Shown here in pieces: positions 8,893-18,595 of a stretch of 64,000 nt of DNA. The notes beneath the pieces are model-generated. The model worked only from the letters and a program-made list of their open reading frames with translations, made no database searches and had not been told where the DNA came from. The stretch is from an uncultured virus (IMG/VR IMGVR_UViG_3300015371_000023) (lineage: Duplodnaviria; Heunggongvirae; Uroviricota; Caudoviricetes), in the IMG/VR virus record IMGVR_UViG_3300015371_000023; one strand, written 5' to 3'. Made by a program: the position numbers and the translations under genes. Every line of letters starts with the position of its first letter. Position 1 is the stretch's first letter.

Positions 8893-10572
8893 ATGACCTC
8901 CCTTGCCGAGCCCGTCTACAAGCCGGTCACTATCGGGCCGAGCTGGCAACGTGACGACGACGGCAAATTCGTTCTCCCCGTCCTCACTCTCGGCTGGCAG
9001 GTTCTCGGCTGGACCGCTGACTGGCTTCAGCACGGCGACGGCCGGCCGTGGCGCTACACCGACGAGCAAGCCAGGCTGACCCTCTGGTGGTACGCCATCG
9101 ACGAGACGGGCCGCTTCCTCTACCGGGAAGGGGTTATTCAGCGTCTGAAGGGGTGGGGGAAGGACCCGCTCGTCGCGACCTGGTGCGCGGTCGAGTTCGT
9201 CGGCCCCTGTCGGTTCTCCCATTTCGACTCCGACGGGGACCCGGTGGCGAAGCCGCACCCGGAGGCGTGGGTCCAGGTGGCTGCGGTGTCAAAAGATCAG
9301 ACCCGGAATACTTTTACCCTTTTTCCGCAGATCTTCAGCAAGCGCGCCATCAAGCAGTATCGTATCGACCTCGGGAAAGAAATCATCTACGCCGACCACG
9401 GCGCCCAGCGTATCGAGGCGGTGACGTCCTCGCCTCGTGCACTCGAAGGTGGTCGCCCGACGTTCGTGGTGAAGAACGAAACCCACCACTGGCTTCAAAA
9501 TAATGAAGGCCATGAAATGGATGCGGTTATTGACCGCAACTCCACCAAGTCCGCGGATGGCGCCGCCCGGATCATCGGCATCACCAACGCCTACGAGCCG
9601 GCGGAGGATTCCACCGCCCAGCGCACCCGGGAAGCGTGGGAGGAAGCCGAAGCCGTCGGTGTCGGCAGCGGCATTATGTACGACTCGCTGGAAGCCCCGC
9701 CGGAAGCTCCGCTCACCCTCGACGCCGCGCCCGCGGTCATCGAGGCTGTCCGCGGAGACTCCTACTGGCTTGATATTCCCCGCATTGTCGCGTCCATTGC
9801 GGACCGCAGGAACCCGCCCAGCCGAAGCCGTCGATTCTGGTACAACCAGGTCGTCGCGGCCGAGGATTCCTGGATCGACCCGCGCGACTTCGACCTCTGC
9901 CAAGCGCCACCGGACGTTGCGCCTCTCGGTCCGAAGGATGAGGTCGTCCTCTTCGCCGACATGAGCAAGAGCGACGACGCCACCGGCGTTGTTGCCTGCC
10001 GGCTCTCCGACGGGCTCGTGTCGGTGCTCGGGATGTGGCAACGCCCGCCAGGGCTACGAGGCGCCGACTGGATCACACCTCGTCACGCCGTGGACGCCGT
10101 GGTGGATTCCGCGTTCGACACGTACAAGGTCGTGGCCTTTTGGGGTGACCCGAGCCACGTACTGGATGACGAAACCCAGGAACGCTACTGGGATGGCCTC
10201 TTCGACGACTGGCATCGTCGATTCGGCCACAAACTTGAGCTGTGGGCAGAAGGCGGTACCCACCGCGGCCACTCGATCATGTGGGACATGAGCAGCCCGC
10301 AGCGGACAGCTCAGTTCACGGGTGCGGCCGAGCGCTGCGCCCTGGAGATCGGCGAACACACCCTCCTGCACGACGGAGATGGCCGGCTCCGCGCTCACGC
10401 CCGCAACGCGAAGCGCTACCCCAACCGGTACGGGGTGAGTTTATGGAAGGGCCACCGCGAATCCAAACGCAAGATCGACCTTGCCGTGTGCATGGTCGGC
10501 GCACGGATGGTTCGCCGTCTCGTACTGAACAACCCCGACAAGAAACGTCTTCGCTCCGGGAAGGTCTGGTAG
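8893..10572 (+). CDS. terminase large subunit
   Basis: RLKGWGKDP Walker A variant, NETHHW Walker B region, D.SKSDDATG nuclease motif, KIDLAV. Confidence 0.93.
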   Translation: MTSLAEPVYKPVTIGPSWQRDDDGKFVLPVLTLGWQVLGWTADWLQHGDGRPWRYTDEQARLTLWWYAIDETGRFLYREGVIQRLKGWGKDPLVATWCAVEFVGPCRFSHFDSDGDPVAKPHPEAWVQVAAVSKDQTRNTFTLFPQIFSKRAIKQYRIDLGKEIIYADHGAQRIEAVTSSPRALEGGRPTFVVKNETHHWLQNNEGHEMDAVIDRNSTKSADGAARIIGITNAYEPAEDSTAQRTREAWEEAEAVGVGSGIMYDSLEAPPEAPLTLDAAPAVIEAVRGDSYWLDIPRIVASIADRRNPPSRSRRFWYNQVVAAEDSWIDPRDFDLCQAPPDVAPLGPKDEVVLFADMSKSDDATGVVACRLSDGLVSVLGMWQRPPGLRGADWITPRHAVDAVVDSAFDTYKVVAFWGDPSHVLDDETQERYWDGLFDDWHRRFGHKLELWAEGGTHRGHSIMWDMSSPQRTAQFTGAAERCALEIGEHTLLHDGDGRLRAHARNAKRYPNRYGVSLWKGHRESKRKIDLAVCMVGARMVRRLVLNNPDKKRLRSGKVW

Positions 10573-10632
10573 CCAACCCGATCACGTCGGCCTCATCAGA
10601 TCGCTAAACCCAGTAGCAAAGGATTCGAGCGC

Positions 10633-11169
10633 GTGCTGTTCTTCTACGACACCGAGTTCATCGAGGATGGCAAGACGGTTGAGCTGATCTCCATTGGCAT
10701 CGTCGCCGAGGACGGACGCGAGTACTACGCCGTCGACCGCGGTGCACCGTGGAAGCGGATCGCGGACCATCAGTGGCTGCGTGAGAACGTCGCCCGCTAC
10801 CTGCCACGTATCCACGGCGATCGCCGACTCCAGGTCAGCTACCGGAAGAACCCGCTGGCGCTGGACTTCGACTCTCCGCTAATGAAGACCCGCGCGCAGA
10901 TCGCAAGCGACGTCCTCCAATTCATCCAGCCTCAGCATGGTAAGAACACCGAGCTGTGGGCCTACTTCGGCGCCTACGACCACGTCGTGCTCTGCCAGCT
11001 GTTCGGCACGATGATGGACCTCCCCGAGGGCATGCCGATGTTCACCCACGACCTCATGCAGCTATGGGAGACCGCCGGGCGCCCGGAGAAGCCGGAACAG
11101 AGCGAGTGCGCGCACAACGCGCTGCACGACGCCCGCTGGAACGCCGCGCTCTACAAGGCCTGCGTATAG
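10633..11169 (+). CDS. DEDDh 3'-5' exoribonuclease (Rv2179c/RNase AS-like)
   Basis: YDTEFIEDG.T.ELISIGIVAEDGREYYAV, AYDHVVLCQLFG.M, HNALHDARW. Confidence 0.85.
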   Translation: MLFFYDTEFIEDGKTVELISIGIVAEDGREYYAVDRGAPWKRIADHQWLRENVARYLPRIHGDRRLQVSYRKNPLALDFDSPLMKTRAQIASDVLQFIQPQHGKNTELWAYFGAYDHVVLCQLFGTMMDLPEGMPMFTHDLMQLWETAGRPEKPEQSECAHNALHDARWNAALYKACV

Positions 11170-11259
11170 GCGGACGCTCGGCTCGCTCATCAACGCAACC
11201 GCTTCGTCTTTGGTCATGGCCGGGACACCACACCACGACAAGCTCGGAGGACGTGCGAC

Positions 11260-12639
11260 ATGATGCAACCCCGGGCCGTGGTGGACCTGGTGTTCGACAG
11301 CCTTTACCCCAAGTGGCAGGCGGAAAAGGACCGGCTCGACCGCATCGACAACTGGTACCGCTGGCAGGCCGAGGACATCAAGCTCCCGCGGCGGGCCACG
11401 CCTGAGCTCCGGCGGCTCGCCGAGATGTCCAAAGTGCCATGGCTGGGGCTGGTGGTGTCCTCCGCTTCCCAGTGCATGTACGTGGACGGCTACCGCTCCC
11501 CGCTGGACCAGGCCGACACCGACATGTCCCCGCCGTGGCGGACATGGCACGCCAACGGCATGGACCAGCGGCAGACTCCCGTTCACCGGGCTGCGCTGGC
11601 CTACGGCTACTCCTACGTCAAGGTCCTGCCGGGCCAGGACTTCGAGGGCAAGCGGTCCGTCCTACGTGGAGTGTCACCGCGGCGCGCGTTCGCCGTCTAC
11701 GGGGATCCCGCTGAGGACGAGTGGCCGATGTACGCCATCCAGGTCGAGAAGGCCCCGAACTCCGGCATCCTCGTGAAGTTCTACGACGAAACCGACGTGC
11801 ACTACGTCGGGCTCAACGGGATCGGCGCGAAGCCCGAGTGGATCTCGTACGAAACCCACGGCGCCGGCGTCTGCCCCTGGGTCCGCTTCGCGAACATGCT
11901 GGACCTCGACGGTCGGTGCGACGGCGAGGTGGAGCCGTTCATCAGCGCCGCCTCGCGGATCAACAAGACCGCGTTCGACCGGTTGCTGACGCAGCACTTC
12001 TCGTCGTGGAAGATCCGCACCGTCTCGGGCATGGCCCAGCCCGACGACGAAGAGGCCGCCAACCGGAAGAAGTTGGAACTCCGCCAAGATGACCTTCTCG
12101 TCGCTGAGGACCCGGATACGAAATTCGGGACCCTGGATGAGACGCCGCTGACGGGATTCATCGAATCCTGGCGCTCGGACATTGAAGCGCTCGCCGCGGT
12201 CACCCAGACTCCCACCCACGCGTTGACGGGGCAGCTGGTCAACCTCTCGGCCGAGGCGCTGGCCGCCGCGCGCGCCGGCTTGACGCAGAAGATCACCGAA
12301 CGTCAGAAGTCGTTCGGTCGCTCACACGTCCAGGTGCTGCGGCTCGCCACCCAGCTGGAAGGGCACCACGACTACGCCGACGACGTGTTCGGACGAGTCA
12401 CCTGGCAGGACATGGAAATCCGCTCCATCGCCCAAGCCGTCGACGCCCTCGGCAAGGCCGCCACGATGCTCCAGATCCCGCCGAAGGCCCTCTGGGGTCG
12501 CATCCCCGGCGTGGAGAAGAGCGACGTCGACGAGTGGGAGCAGATGGCCGAGGAAGCCGACCCGGTGGCCGCGATGGCAGCCACCCTGATGGCGAAGGCC
12601 AAGCCCACCCCACCGCCCACGGCCCCGGCAAAACTGTAG
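11260..12639 (+). CDS. portal protein (SPP1 gp6-like)
   Basis: 459 aa after TerL; HGAGVCPWVRF.N, NLSAEALAAA motifs. Confidence 0.9.
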   Translation: MMQPRAVVDLVFDSLYPKWQAEKDRLDRIDNWYRWQAEDIKLPRRATPELRRLAEMSKVPWLGLVVSSASQCMYVDGYRSPLDQADTDMSPPWRTWHANGMDQRQTPVHRAALAYGYSYVKVLPGQDFEGKRSVLRGVSPRRAFAVYGDPAEDEWPMYAIQVEKAPNSGILVKFYDETDVHYVGLNGIGAKPEWISYETHGAGVCPWVRFANMLDLDGRCDGEVEPFISAASRINKTAFDRLLTQHFSSWKIRTVSGMAQPDDEEAANRKKLELRQDDLLVAEDPDTKFGTLDETPLTGFIESWRSDIEALAAVTQTPTHALTGQLVNLSAEALAAARAGLTQKITERQKSFGRSHVQVLRLATQLEGHHDYADDVFGRVTWQDMEIRSIAQAVDALGKAATMLQIPPKALWGRIPGVEKSDVDEWEQMAEEADPVAAMAATLMAKAKPTPPPTAPAKL

Positions 12640-13436
12640 TGGCCGCCACCCTCGCCGGAACCCAGCTCACCGAGGCCCACCGTACCCACCAGCTCGCCAT
12701 GCAGGCCCTGTTCCTGGATGAGCTCCGGCGGTACTGGCCACTGCTGGACCCCTACCGGCTCGACGTCACCGCAGCCGGCTGGATCGACGCCCTCATCAGC
12801 CTCATCGTCGGCTACCGCACCCAATCCGCGGTGATCTCCCTGGACTACTACCAGCGGTTCCGTGCAGCCGAGATCGGCGCCCGCGCGCTCGATCGGCCGG
12901 CGATCCTGCACAGCATCCCGGCGAACGAGGACGCCATCCGCGCCTCCCTCATCGCCACCGGCCCGGCGAAGATCAAGCACGACACCCGCGCGGGCCGAAC
13001 CCCCGAGCAGGCCATCGGCGCCGCCTTCCCCGCGGTCGCCGGTGCCGCCACCCGGCACATCCAGAACGGCGGCCGGGACGCCCTGGTGGCCGCCGGCGAC
13101 ACCGAACCGCGCCGTGTCCGGTGGTTCCGGGTCACGGCCGCCGAGCCCTGCGCATTCTGCGCGATGCTCGCCTCCCGGGGGCCGGTCTACCTGTCCCGGG
13201 CATCCGCGCTCTACGCCACCGAGTCCGCGCCGAGTCGCCAGCCCGGCGAGAAGTATCACGACAACTGCCACTGCACCGTGGAACCCCGACTGTCACCCAC
13301 CGCCGAATGGCCCGGCCGCGGACGCGAGTTCGAGCGGCTCTGGAAAACGGTCAAGAACCAGCCGGACGCGTTCAACGCGTTCCGTCGCGCCTACGAGGGA
13401 AGCCTGCGCACCGGCATCCCCTTCCAGGCGCGCTGA
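12639..13436 (+). CDS. minor head (MuF-like) / capsid maturation protein
   Basis: CAFCAMLASRG..Y and YHDNCHCTVEP motifs; between portal and scaffold. Confidence 0.8.
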   Translation: MAATLAGTQLTEAHRTHQLAMQALFLDELRRYWPLLDPYRLDVTAAGWIDALISLIVGYRTQSAVISLDYYQRFRAAEIGARALDRPAILHSIPANEDAIRASLIATGPAKIKHDTRAGRTPEQAIGAAFPAVAGAATRHIQNGGRDALVAAGDTEPRRVRWFRVTAAEPCAFCAMLASRGPVYLSRASALYATESAPSRQPGEKYHDNCHCTVEPRLSPTAEWPGRGREFERLWKTVKNQPDAFNAFRRAYEGSLRTGIPFQAR

Positions 13437-13500
13437 TCCCCAACCGACACGCCGCCGTCCGCAATGGACGAGCGGCTATCCCGCAATGGGAAGGAAACCC

Positions 13501-14067
13501 ATGGCCGACGACGACAAGCCCGACGAGAAGCCGGAAGAGAAGCCCGACGCGAAGCCCGACGGTGACACACCCGAGGATGCGCCGGACGACGAAACCGGCG
13601 ACGTCAACAAGCTTGGCGACGCGGGTAAGAAGGCCCTCGAAGTCATGAAGCGGGAGCGCAACGCCGCCCGCAAGGAAATGAACGACCTGAAGGCGAAGCT
13701 CAAGGAATTCGAGGACAAGGACAAGACCGAGGCTCAGCGGCTTCAGGAAGCCACTGAGGAAGCGAAGTCTCGCGCCGCAAAGGCCGAAGGCAACGCCCGC
13801 CGGCTCCAGACCGCCATGGACCGCGCGCCGGAAGGCGCCACCTTGGTCCAGATCAAGGCCGTCGCGAAGCGCCTCCACGGCGACACCGACGAGGAGCTCG
13901 AAGCCGACGCCGACGAACTGTTCGCCCTCCTCGCACCATCCACTCAGGACACAAAGAAGACCCTGCCGGGCAAGCCGAAAGAGGCTCTGTCCGGCGGCGG
14001 CGACCCGGGCGACGAGCCCGAGGAAAAGGATCCGCGGAAGCTCGCGGACCTCATCGGCCGCCACTGA
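13501..14067 (+). CDS. capsid scaffolding protein
   Basis: Acidic N-terminus, LGDAGKKAL, coiled coil, L.GDT.EELEADA. Confidence 0.85.
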   Translation: MADDDKPDEKPEEKPDAKPDGDTPEDAPDDETGDVNKLGDAGKKALEVMKRERNAARKEMNDLKAKLKEFEDKDKTEAQRLQEATEEAKSRAAKAEGNARRLQTAMDRAPEGATLVQIKAVAKRLHGDTDEELEADADELFALLAPSTQDTKKTLPGKPKEALSGGGDPGDEPEEKDPRKLADLIGRH

Positions 14068-14135
14068 CATCTCCACCGCACGGCTAGCCGCGAAGGCCGC
14101 TGGCGGTCCTCTCGACCTTTCTAAGGAGGTCTCTC

Positions 14136-15359
14136 GTGGCCAATTCCTACCTCAAGGCGAACAAGATCGCCGCCGCCGCGCTCGGTCTGCTGGAGCGCGA
14201 AATCATCCTGCCGGCCCTGGTGTGGCGGGATGCCGGGGGTGATTTCGCCGGAGCCGGCGGCGACACCATTTCGATCCGTGTTCCGGCCCGCACTCAGGCG
14301 CGGACCCGGCCCCTCCGCGGCGCGCGTACCAGCGCCTCCGAAGGTAACGGCATCATCACCATGGATGAGCTGACCGAACACAAGGTTGACGTGACCCTGG
14401 ACGAGGCGATTTACAACGCCGTTCCCATCACCGATGAGGAACTCGCGCTGGACATCTCCAACTTCGGCCAGCAAATCCTCGCGCCGCAGGTCCGCGCGGT
14501 CGCGGAGGGCCTGGAAAACAAGCTCGCCGACGAAATGGTGAACGCGACCTACGCCACCACCCTCGACGTCGACACCACCGACCCGTACAAGACCCTCGTC
14601 GACGCCCGCGTGGCGCTCAACAAGGCGAATGTCCCGATGGCGGAACGAACCTGCGTCGTCGGCGCCGACCTCGAAGGGGTGTTCCTCAAGAGTGAGCACC
14701 TGAGCATGGCGGACAAGTCCGGGTCGGATTCCGCGCTCCGCGACGCCGCGATCGGCCGTGTGGCGGGCTTCGGTCCGATCTACGTTTCCAACGCCCTTCC
14801 GCCGGACGTCGGTTTCTGCTTCCACAAGACCGCGTACGTCCTCTCGATGAAGGCCCCGCTGGTGCCCGATGGTGCCTCTTACGGCTCGTCGCAGAGCTAC
14901 GCGGGACTCGCCATGCGCTGGATCCGCGACTACGACTTCCGGAATGTCCAGGACCGGAGCCTGATCGACGTCTACGCGGGCACAAATCACGTCGCCGACG
15001 GCGCGACGAACGAAGTGCAGACCGTCAGCATCACCGGTTCTCCGACCGGTGGAACGTTCACGTTGACCTACTCGGGTCAGACCACTTCCGGAATTGCGTA
15101 CAACGCGTCGGCGACCGCGGTTCAGAGCGCGCTGACCGCGCTCTCGAACATCGGCAGCGGAAACGTCGCGGTCACCGGTTCCGCCGGCGGGCCGTACACG
15201 GTGACGTTCAAGAACGACCTCTCCGGCATCGACGCCGCGGCGCTCACCGCCAGCGGCGCCAGCCTCACCGGCGGCACCTCCCCGTCCGTGGCCGTCGCGA
15301 ACGTCACCACCGGGGATGCGCTCGGTCAGTTCGTCCGCGCGATCAAGTTCACCCTGTAA
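14136..15359 (+). CDS. major capsid protein with C-terminal accessory domain
   Basis: MANSYLKA..ALGLLEREI, GDTISIRVP; AAGGAGG RBS; follows the scaffold. Confidence 0.9.
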   Translation: MANSYLKANKIAAAALGLLEREIILPALVWRDAGGDFAGAGGDTISIRVPARTQARTRPLRGARTSASEGNGIITMDELTEHKVDVTLDEAIYNAVPITDEELALDISNFGQQILAPQVRAVAEGLENKLADEMVNATYATTLDVDTTDPYKTLVDARVALNKANVPMAERTCVVGADLEGVFLKSEHLSMADKSGSDSALRDAAIGRVAGFGPIYVSNALPPDVGFCFHKTAYVLSMKAPLVPDGASYGSSQSYAGLAMRWIRDYDFRNVQDRSLIDVYAGTNHVADGATNEVQTVSITGSPTGGTFTLTYSGQTTSGIAYNASATAVQSALTALSNIGSGNVAVTGSAGGPYTVTFKNDLSGIDAAALTASGASLTGGTSPSVAVANVTTGDALGQFVRAIKFTL

Positions 15360-15372
15360 TAGGGAGAGTCCG

Positions 15373-15843
15373 ATGTTGCCTGCGCTCGCAACGCTGAACG
15401 ACCTTGAAGCGCGTCTGGGCCTGGAGCCGGGCGAGCTGTTCGGCGCTGAACGCGTCCGGGCGCAGGCAGCGTTGGATGACGCCTCCGCCCTCGTCCGGGA
15501 GGAGACCCGCCGGGACTGGGTCGGCGTCGCCGGAGAGATCACCGCCCCGCCGTCGCTGATCCGGATCACCCTCGGCGCCGCGCAACGCACCTACCGCAAC
15601 CCCGATGGTGAGATCAGCCAGACCACCGGGCCGTTCTCCCGCACCATCAAGGCCGCCGACGTCGGGGTGTACCTGACCCCGGCCGAGGTGGAGATCTGTC
15701 GGCGCTACCGGCAGGAATCCACCGGCCTGTGGACGTTGCGCACCACTCGCGGGGATGACGACGACTCGACCCTGTACATGGATGATCAGTACGGCTTGGA
15801 ACCGTTCCCCGTCGGCTACGACAAAGATCGGCCCTGGCTGTGA
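15373..15843 (+). CDS. head-to-tail connector/adaptor
   Basis: LATLNDLEARLG..ALDDASALVR..R.YRNPDG; follows the capsid gene. Confidence 0.8.
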   Translation: MLPALATLNDLEARLGLEPGELFGAERVRAQAALDDASALVREETRRDWVGVAGEITAPPSLIRITLGAAQRTYRNPDGEISQTTGPFSRTIKAADVGVYLTPAEVEICRRYRQESTGLWTLRTTRGDDDDSTLYMDDQYGLEPFPVGYDKDRPWL

Positions 15844-16157
15844 ACCCGCAAACGGTGACGGTCAGCCGGTACCGTCTCGACAAGTACGGCGACCGTCACC
15901 TCATCGCGAAATTCATCGTGGGCGAATGCATGTTCGCCCCCCGCGACACCACCGAAGTGGACAACCGCTCCACCGCCGTGAACGCGGACGCGGACCTGTA
16001 CGCACCGCCGTGGATCGGCGTCGAACCGCAGGACGTCGTCAAGCTGGCCGACGGGACCGAATGGGAGGTCACCGGGCTGCCTGCCCGCTGGGACTCCCCA
16101 TACCCCGGCTCCTGGAACGCCGGCGTGCTGGTCCACCTCAACCGGGCTCGGGGGTGA
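15840..16157 (+). CDS. head-to-tail stopper
   Basis: D.YGD, WEV.G.P..W motifs; synteny. Confidence 0.7.
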   Translation: MNPQTVTVSRYRLDKYGDRHLIAKFIVGECMFAPRDTTEVDNRSTAVNADADLYAPPWIGVEPQDVVKLADGTEWEVTGLPARWDSPYPGSWNAGVLVHLNRARG

Positions 16158-16160
16158 CTC

Positions 16161-16493
16161 ATGGGTCGCTACAAGCCGAACAAGGCAGGCTTCACCCGTC
16201 TCGCCACCGGACGCACGGTCCGGCAGCACATGCTGGAGATCGGCGAGTACTGGGCGGCCGAGCTGCGGGCCTCCGCACCCCACGTCCACGGCAACTACGC
16301 CAACAGCATCACGGTGCAGGCCGTCATCGTCGAGGTCAAGAAGCTTCCCCGGGTCGGCGCCCAGATCACCGCCGGGGTCGACTACGCCTCGGTGCTGGAA
16401 CACGGCAGCGCCCACGTGCGCAACCCGCCGCGGCCGATGACGAAGCTGCTTGACCGCATCCGTGCCGCAGACCCGAAGCACCAAGTGAGGTGA
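16161..16493 (+). CDS. HK97 gp10-like tail completion protein
   Basis: AP...GNYANSI, YASVLEHG. Confidence 0.65.
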   Translation: MGRYKPNKAGFTRLATGRTVRQHMLEIGEYWAAELRASAPHVHGNYANSITVQAVIVEVKKLPRVGAQITAGVDYASVLEHGSAHVRNPPRPMTKLLDRIRAADPKHQVR

Positions 16494-16497
16494 TGCG

Positions 16498-16875
16498 GTG
16501 GAGTTGCTGGACGCGTTCCCGGACATCGAAGATTTCGCCATGGAGCTGCTGGAGCCCGCGGGGCCCACAGTTCTCGCCACACCCGAAGTGATCACACCTC
16601 CGCTCATCGTGATCCGCCGCATCGGTGGATTCGACGACGTGATCACCGACTCCCCGCGCATCCAGGTGGACGTATTCGGTGCTACCCGCCGGCAAGCGGC
16701 GGACCTGGCTGAGCAGTGCAGGCAACTGATTCTCGCCTCTCCCGCAACGGGAGTGGGGCACGCCAGCATCGACCAGGCCTGGACCGAGACGGCGCCGACA
16801 TTCGCGGCCTACGACGACCGCAACTCGCAGCGGTACATCGCGACCTACGGTCTCGCCCTGCGCCGCCCTCGGTAA
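16498..16875 (+). CDS. tail terminator
   Basis: P.IVIRRIGG..D.PRIQVDVF; upstream of the tail tube gene. Confidence 0.75.
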   Translation: MELLDAFPDIEDFAMELLEPAGPTVLATPEVITPPLIVIRRIGGFDDVITDSPRIQVDVFGATRRQAADLAEQCRQLILASPATGVGHASIDQAWTETAPTFAAYDDRNSQRYIATYGLALRRPR

Positions 16876-16936
16876 ATCAGCCAATTCCCAGCCCCGCTCG
16901 GGGCTGTCTCTTTCAGCCCAACCGAAAGGGGCTCAC

Positions 16937-17875
16937 ATGTCCATCGGCACGCTTGCCGCCCGTCAGCAGAAGTTGATCCGCAAGGCGCAGGACGCGGCCA
17001 TTTTCGCCGCGCCTGACTCTGCGACGCCTATCACCTCCATCACCACCGGCTCCAGTGGCGACCTCATCACACTGCCGACCGCGTGGCGCTCTCTGGGCCA
17101 CCACACCGAATCGGACGGCATCAACTGGACCCGCGACGTCAGCTCGGATGACGTCCGTTCCCACGGCTCCAGTGAGCCGACCCGACGGGACATCTCCTCG
17201 GACGTCACCGGCTTGGTGGTCCTGGCCCAGGAGACCAAGCTGCTGAGCCTGGAAATGTTCCACAACGTGGACCTGACCGCGATCACGCCGGACGGCACCA
17301 CCAACGAGATCGCGTTCAACCGGTCCCGGACGCCGGCCACCCGATACTGGCGGCTGCTCGCCGTCGCCAGCGACGGCGCGGGTGAGGACACCATCTACTT
17401 CGCCCGGTTCTGCCCGCGGGCGTCCATTTCGGACTACGCGGAACAGCCGTGGACCAAGGGTGATGAGCTGCGCTACCCCCTCACCTTTACCGCCTATGTG
17501 GACGATGACCTTGGTTACGCCATGCGGGAAATGTGGGGTGGCCCCGGAATTGCGGGTCTGCTGAGCGACATGGGCTTCGCCAACGAGGTGCAGAACGTCA
17601 CCGTCAGCGGCTCGCCCACCGGCGGCACGTTCACGTTGACCTTCGATGGTCAGACCACGGGAACGATCGCGTACAACGCCACTGGCTCCACGGTGCAGAC
17701 CGCCCTGGAGGCGCTGTCGAACATCGCGCCGGGCGACGTGTCGGTCACCGGCTCCGCGGGTGGCCCGTACGCGGTGACGTTCAGTGGCGCCTACGCGGGC
17801 GTCAACGTCCCGTCGATGACCGCCAGCGGCGCTGGCCTCACGGGCGGCTCCAGCCCGGCTGTCACCGTCTCCTGA
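16937..17875 (+). CDS. major tail (tube) protein with C-terminal accessory domain
   Basis: WRSLGH.T.DG, SHG..EPTRRDI, EMWGGPG motifs. Confidence 0.88.
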   Translation: MSIGTLAARQQKLIRKAQDAAIFAAPDSATPITSITTGSSGDLITLPTAWRSLGHHTESDGINWTRDVSSDDVRSHGSSEPTRRDISSDVTGLVVLAQETKLLSLEMFHNVDLTAITPDGTTNEIAFNRSRTPATRYWRLLAVASDGAGEDTIYFARFCPRASISDYAEQPWTKGDELRYPLTFTAYVDDDLGYAMREMWGGPGIAGLLSDMGFANEVQNVTVSGSPTGGTFTLTFDGQTTGTIAYNATGSTVQTALEALSNIAPGDVSVTGSAGGPYAVTFSGAYAGVNVPSMTASGAGLTGGSSPAVTVS

Positions 17876-17883
17876 TCCGGTTG

Positions 17884-17920
17884 GGGCGCCGGCCGAACTT
17901 GGGTGGGGTCCGGCGCCCCC
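17884..17920 (+). terminator. GC-rich hairpin after the major tail gene
   Basis: GGGGCGCCGG ... CCGGCGCCCC inverted repeat. Confidence 0.5.
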
Positions 17921-17958
17921 ACCCCCATTTCTGCTTCCACTTTCCCGTGAGGACATCC

Positions 17959-18165
17959 ATGAGCGAATACCGTGAAACCCTCGTATCCCCGCAGGGCCGC
18001 ACCGTCACCGTGACCTCGCCCGGCGAATACAACGACCTCCGCTACGGCCTCGGATACCGCCCGCCGGCCGAGGTTGCCCAGAAGCAGCCAGCCGAGCAGG
18101 AGCGCCAGGACGAGCCCGAGCGCGACAACACCAGCGTCGAGGACGACGCGCCCGCCGACCTGTAA
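17959..18165 (+). CDS. small hypothetical tail-region protein
   Basis: ATG after GAGG; 68 aa. Confidence 0.6.
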   Translation: MSEYRETLVSPQGRTVTVTSPGEYNDLRYGLGYRPPAEVAQKQPAEQERQDEPERDNTSVEDDAPADL

Positions 18166-18193
18166 CCCGACCATCCACCCAAGGAAAAGACTC

Positions 18194-18595
18194 ATGCGGA
18201 AACTGAAGGGCTGGGACGCCTACGTCGCGGAAGCCAGCAACCGCAACGACCGGTGCATCGAACTCCCGCTGACCGATGACGAGTGCTACATCATCCAGTA
18301 CCCCCCCCGTCGGCAGGGCAAGGCGATCGCCGAAGCGCAGCAGGCCGACGACATGGATGGCCTGCTCGTCGCCCTGCTCGGCGAAGAGTGCGGGCAGCGG
18401 GTTGCCGAACTGTCGGCCGACGCGCCCGGATTCGTGCTCGACGAACTGCTGCTGGACGTGATGCGCGCGTTCGGGTTCGTGCCTGAGGAAGCGGACCCGC
18501 CGCAGGAGCTGGACGCGGGAAAATCCTCCACACCGCCGCGGCGTGCCACCACGCGCAAGCGTGGCAGCTCGCGCGTCAGCTCGTCGGCCGCATAG
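18194..18595 (+). CDS. tail assembly chaperone (gpG-like)
   Basis: Upstream of the tape measure; in-frame slippery G GGA AAA at 18517-18523. Confidence 0.8.
   Translation: MRKLKGWDAYVAEASNRNDRCIELPLTDDECYIIQYPPRRQGKAIAEAQQADDMDGLLVALLGEECGQRVAELSADAPGFVLDELLLDVMRAFGFVPEEADPPQELDAGKSSTPPRRATTRKRGSSRVSSSAA

Noticed and set aside
3105..10620. Recurrent TAGCA(G/A) in late-operon intergenic gaps
   Set aside because: Too short, and partly formed by stop codons; cannot be told from chance.
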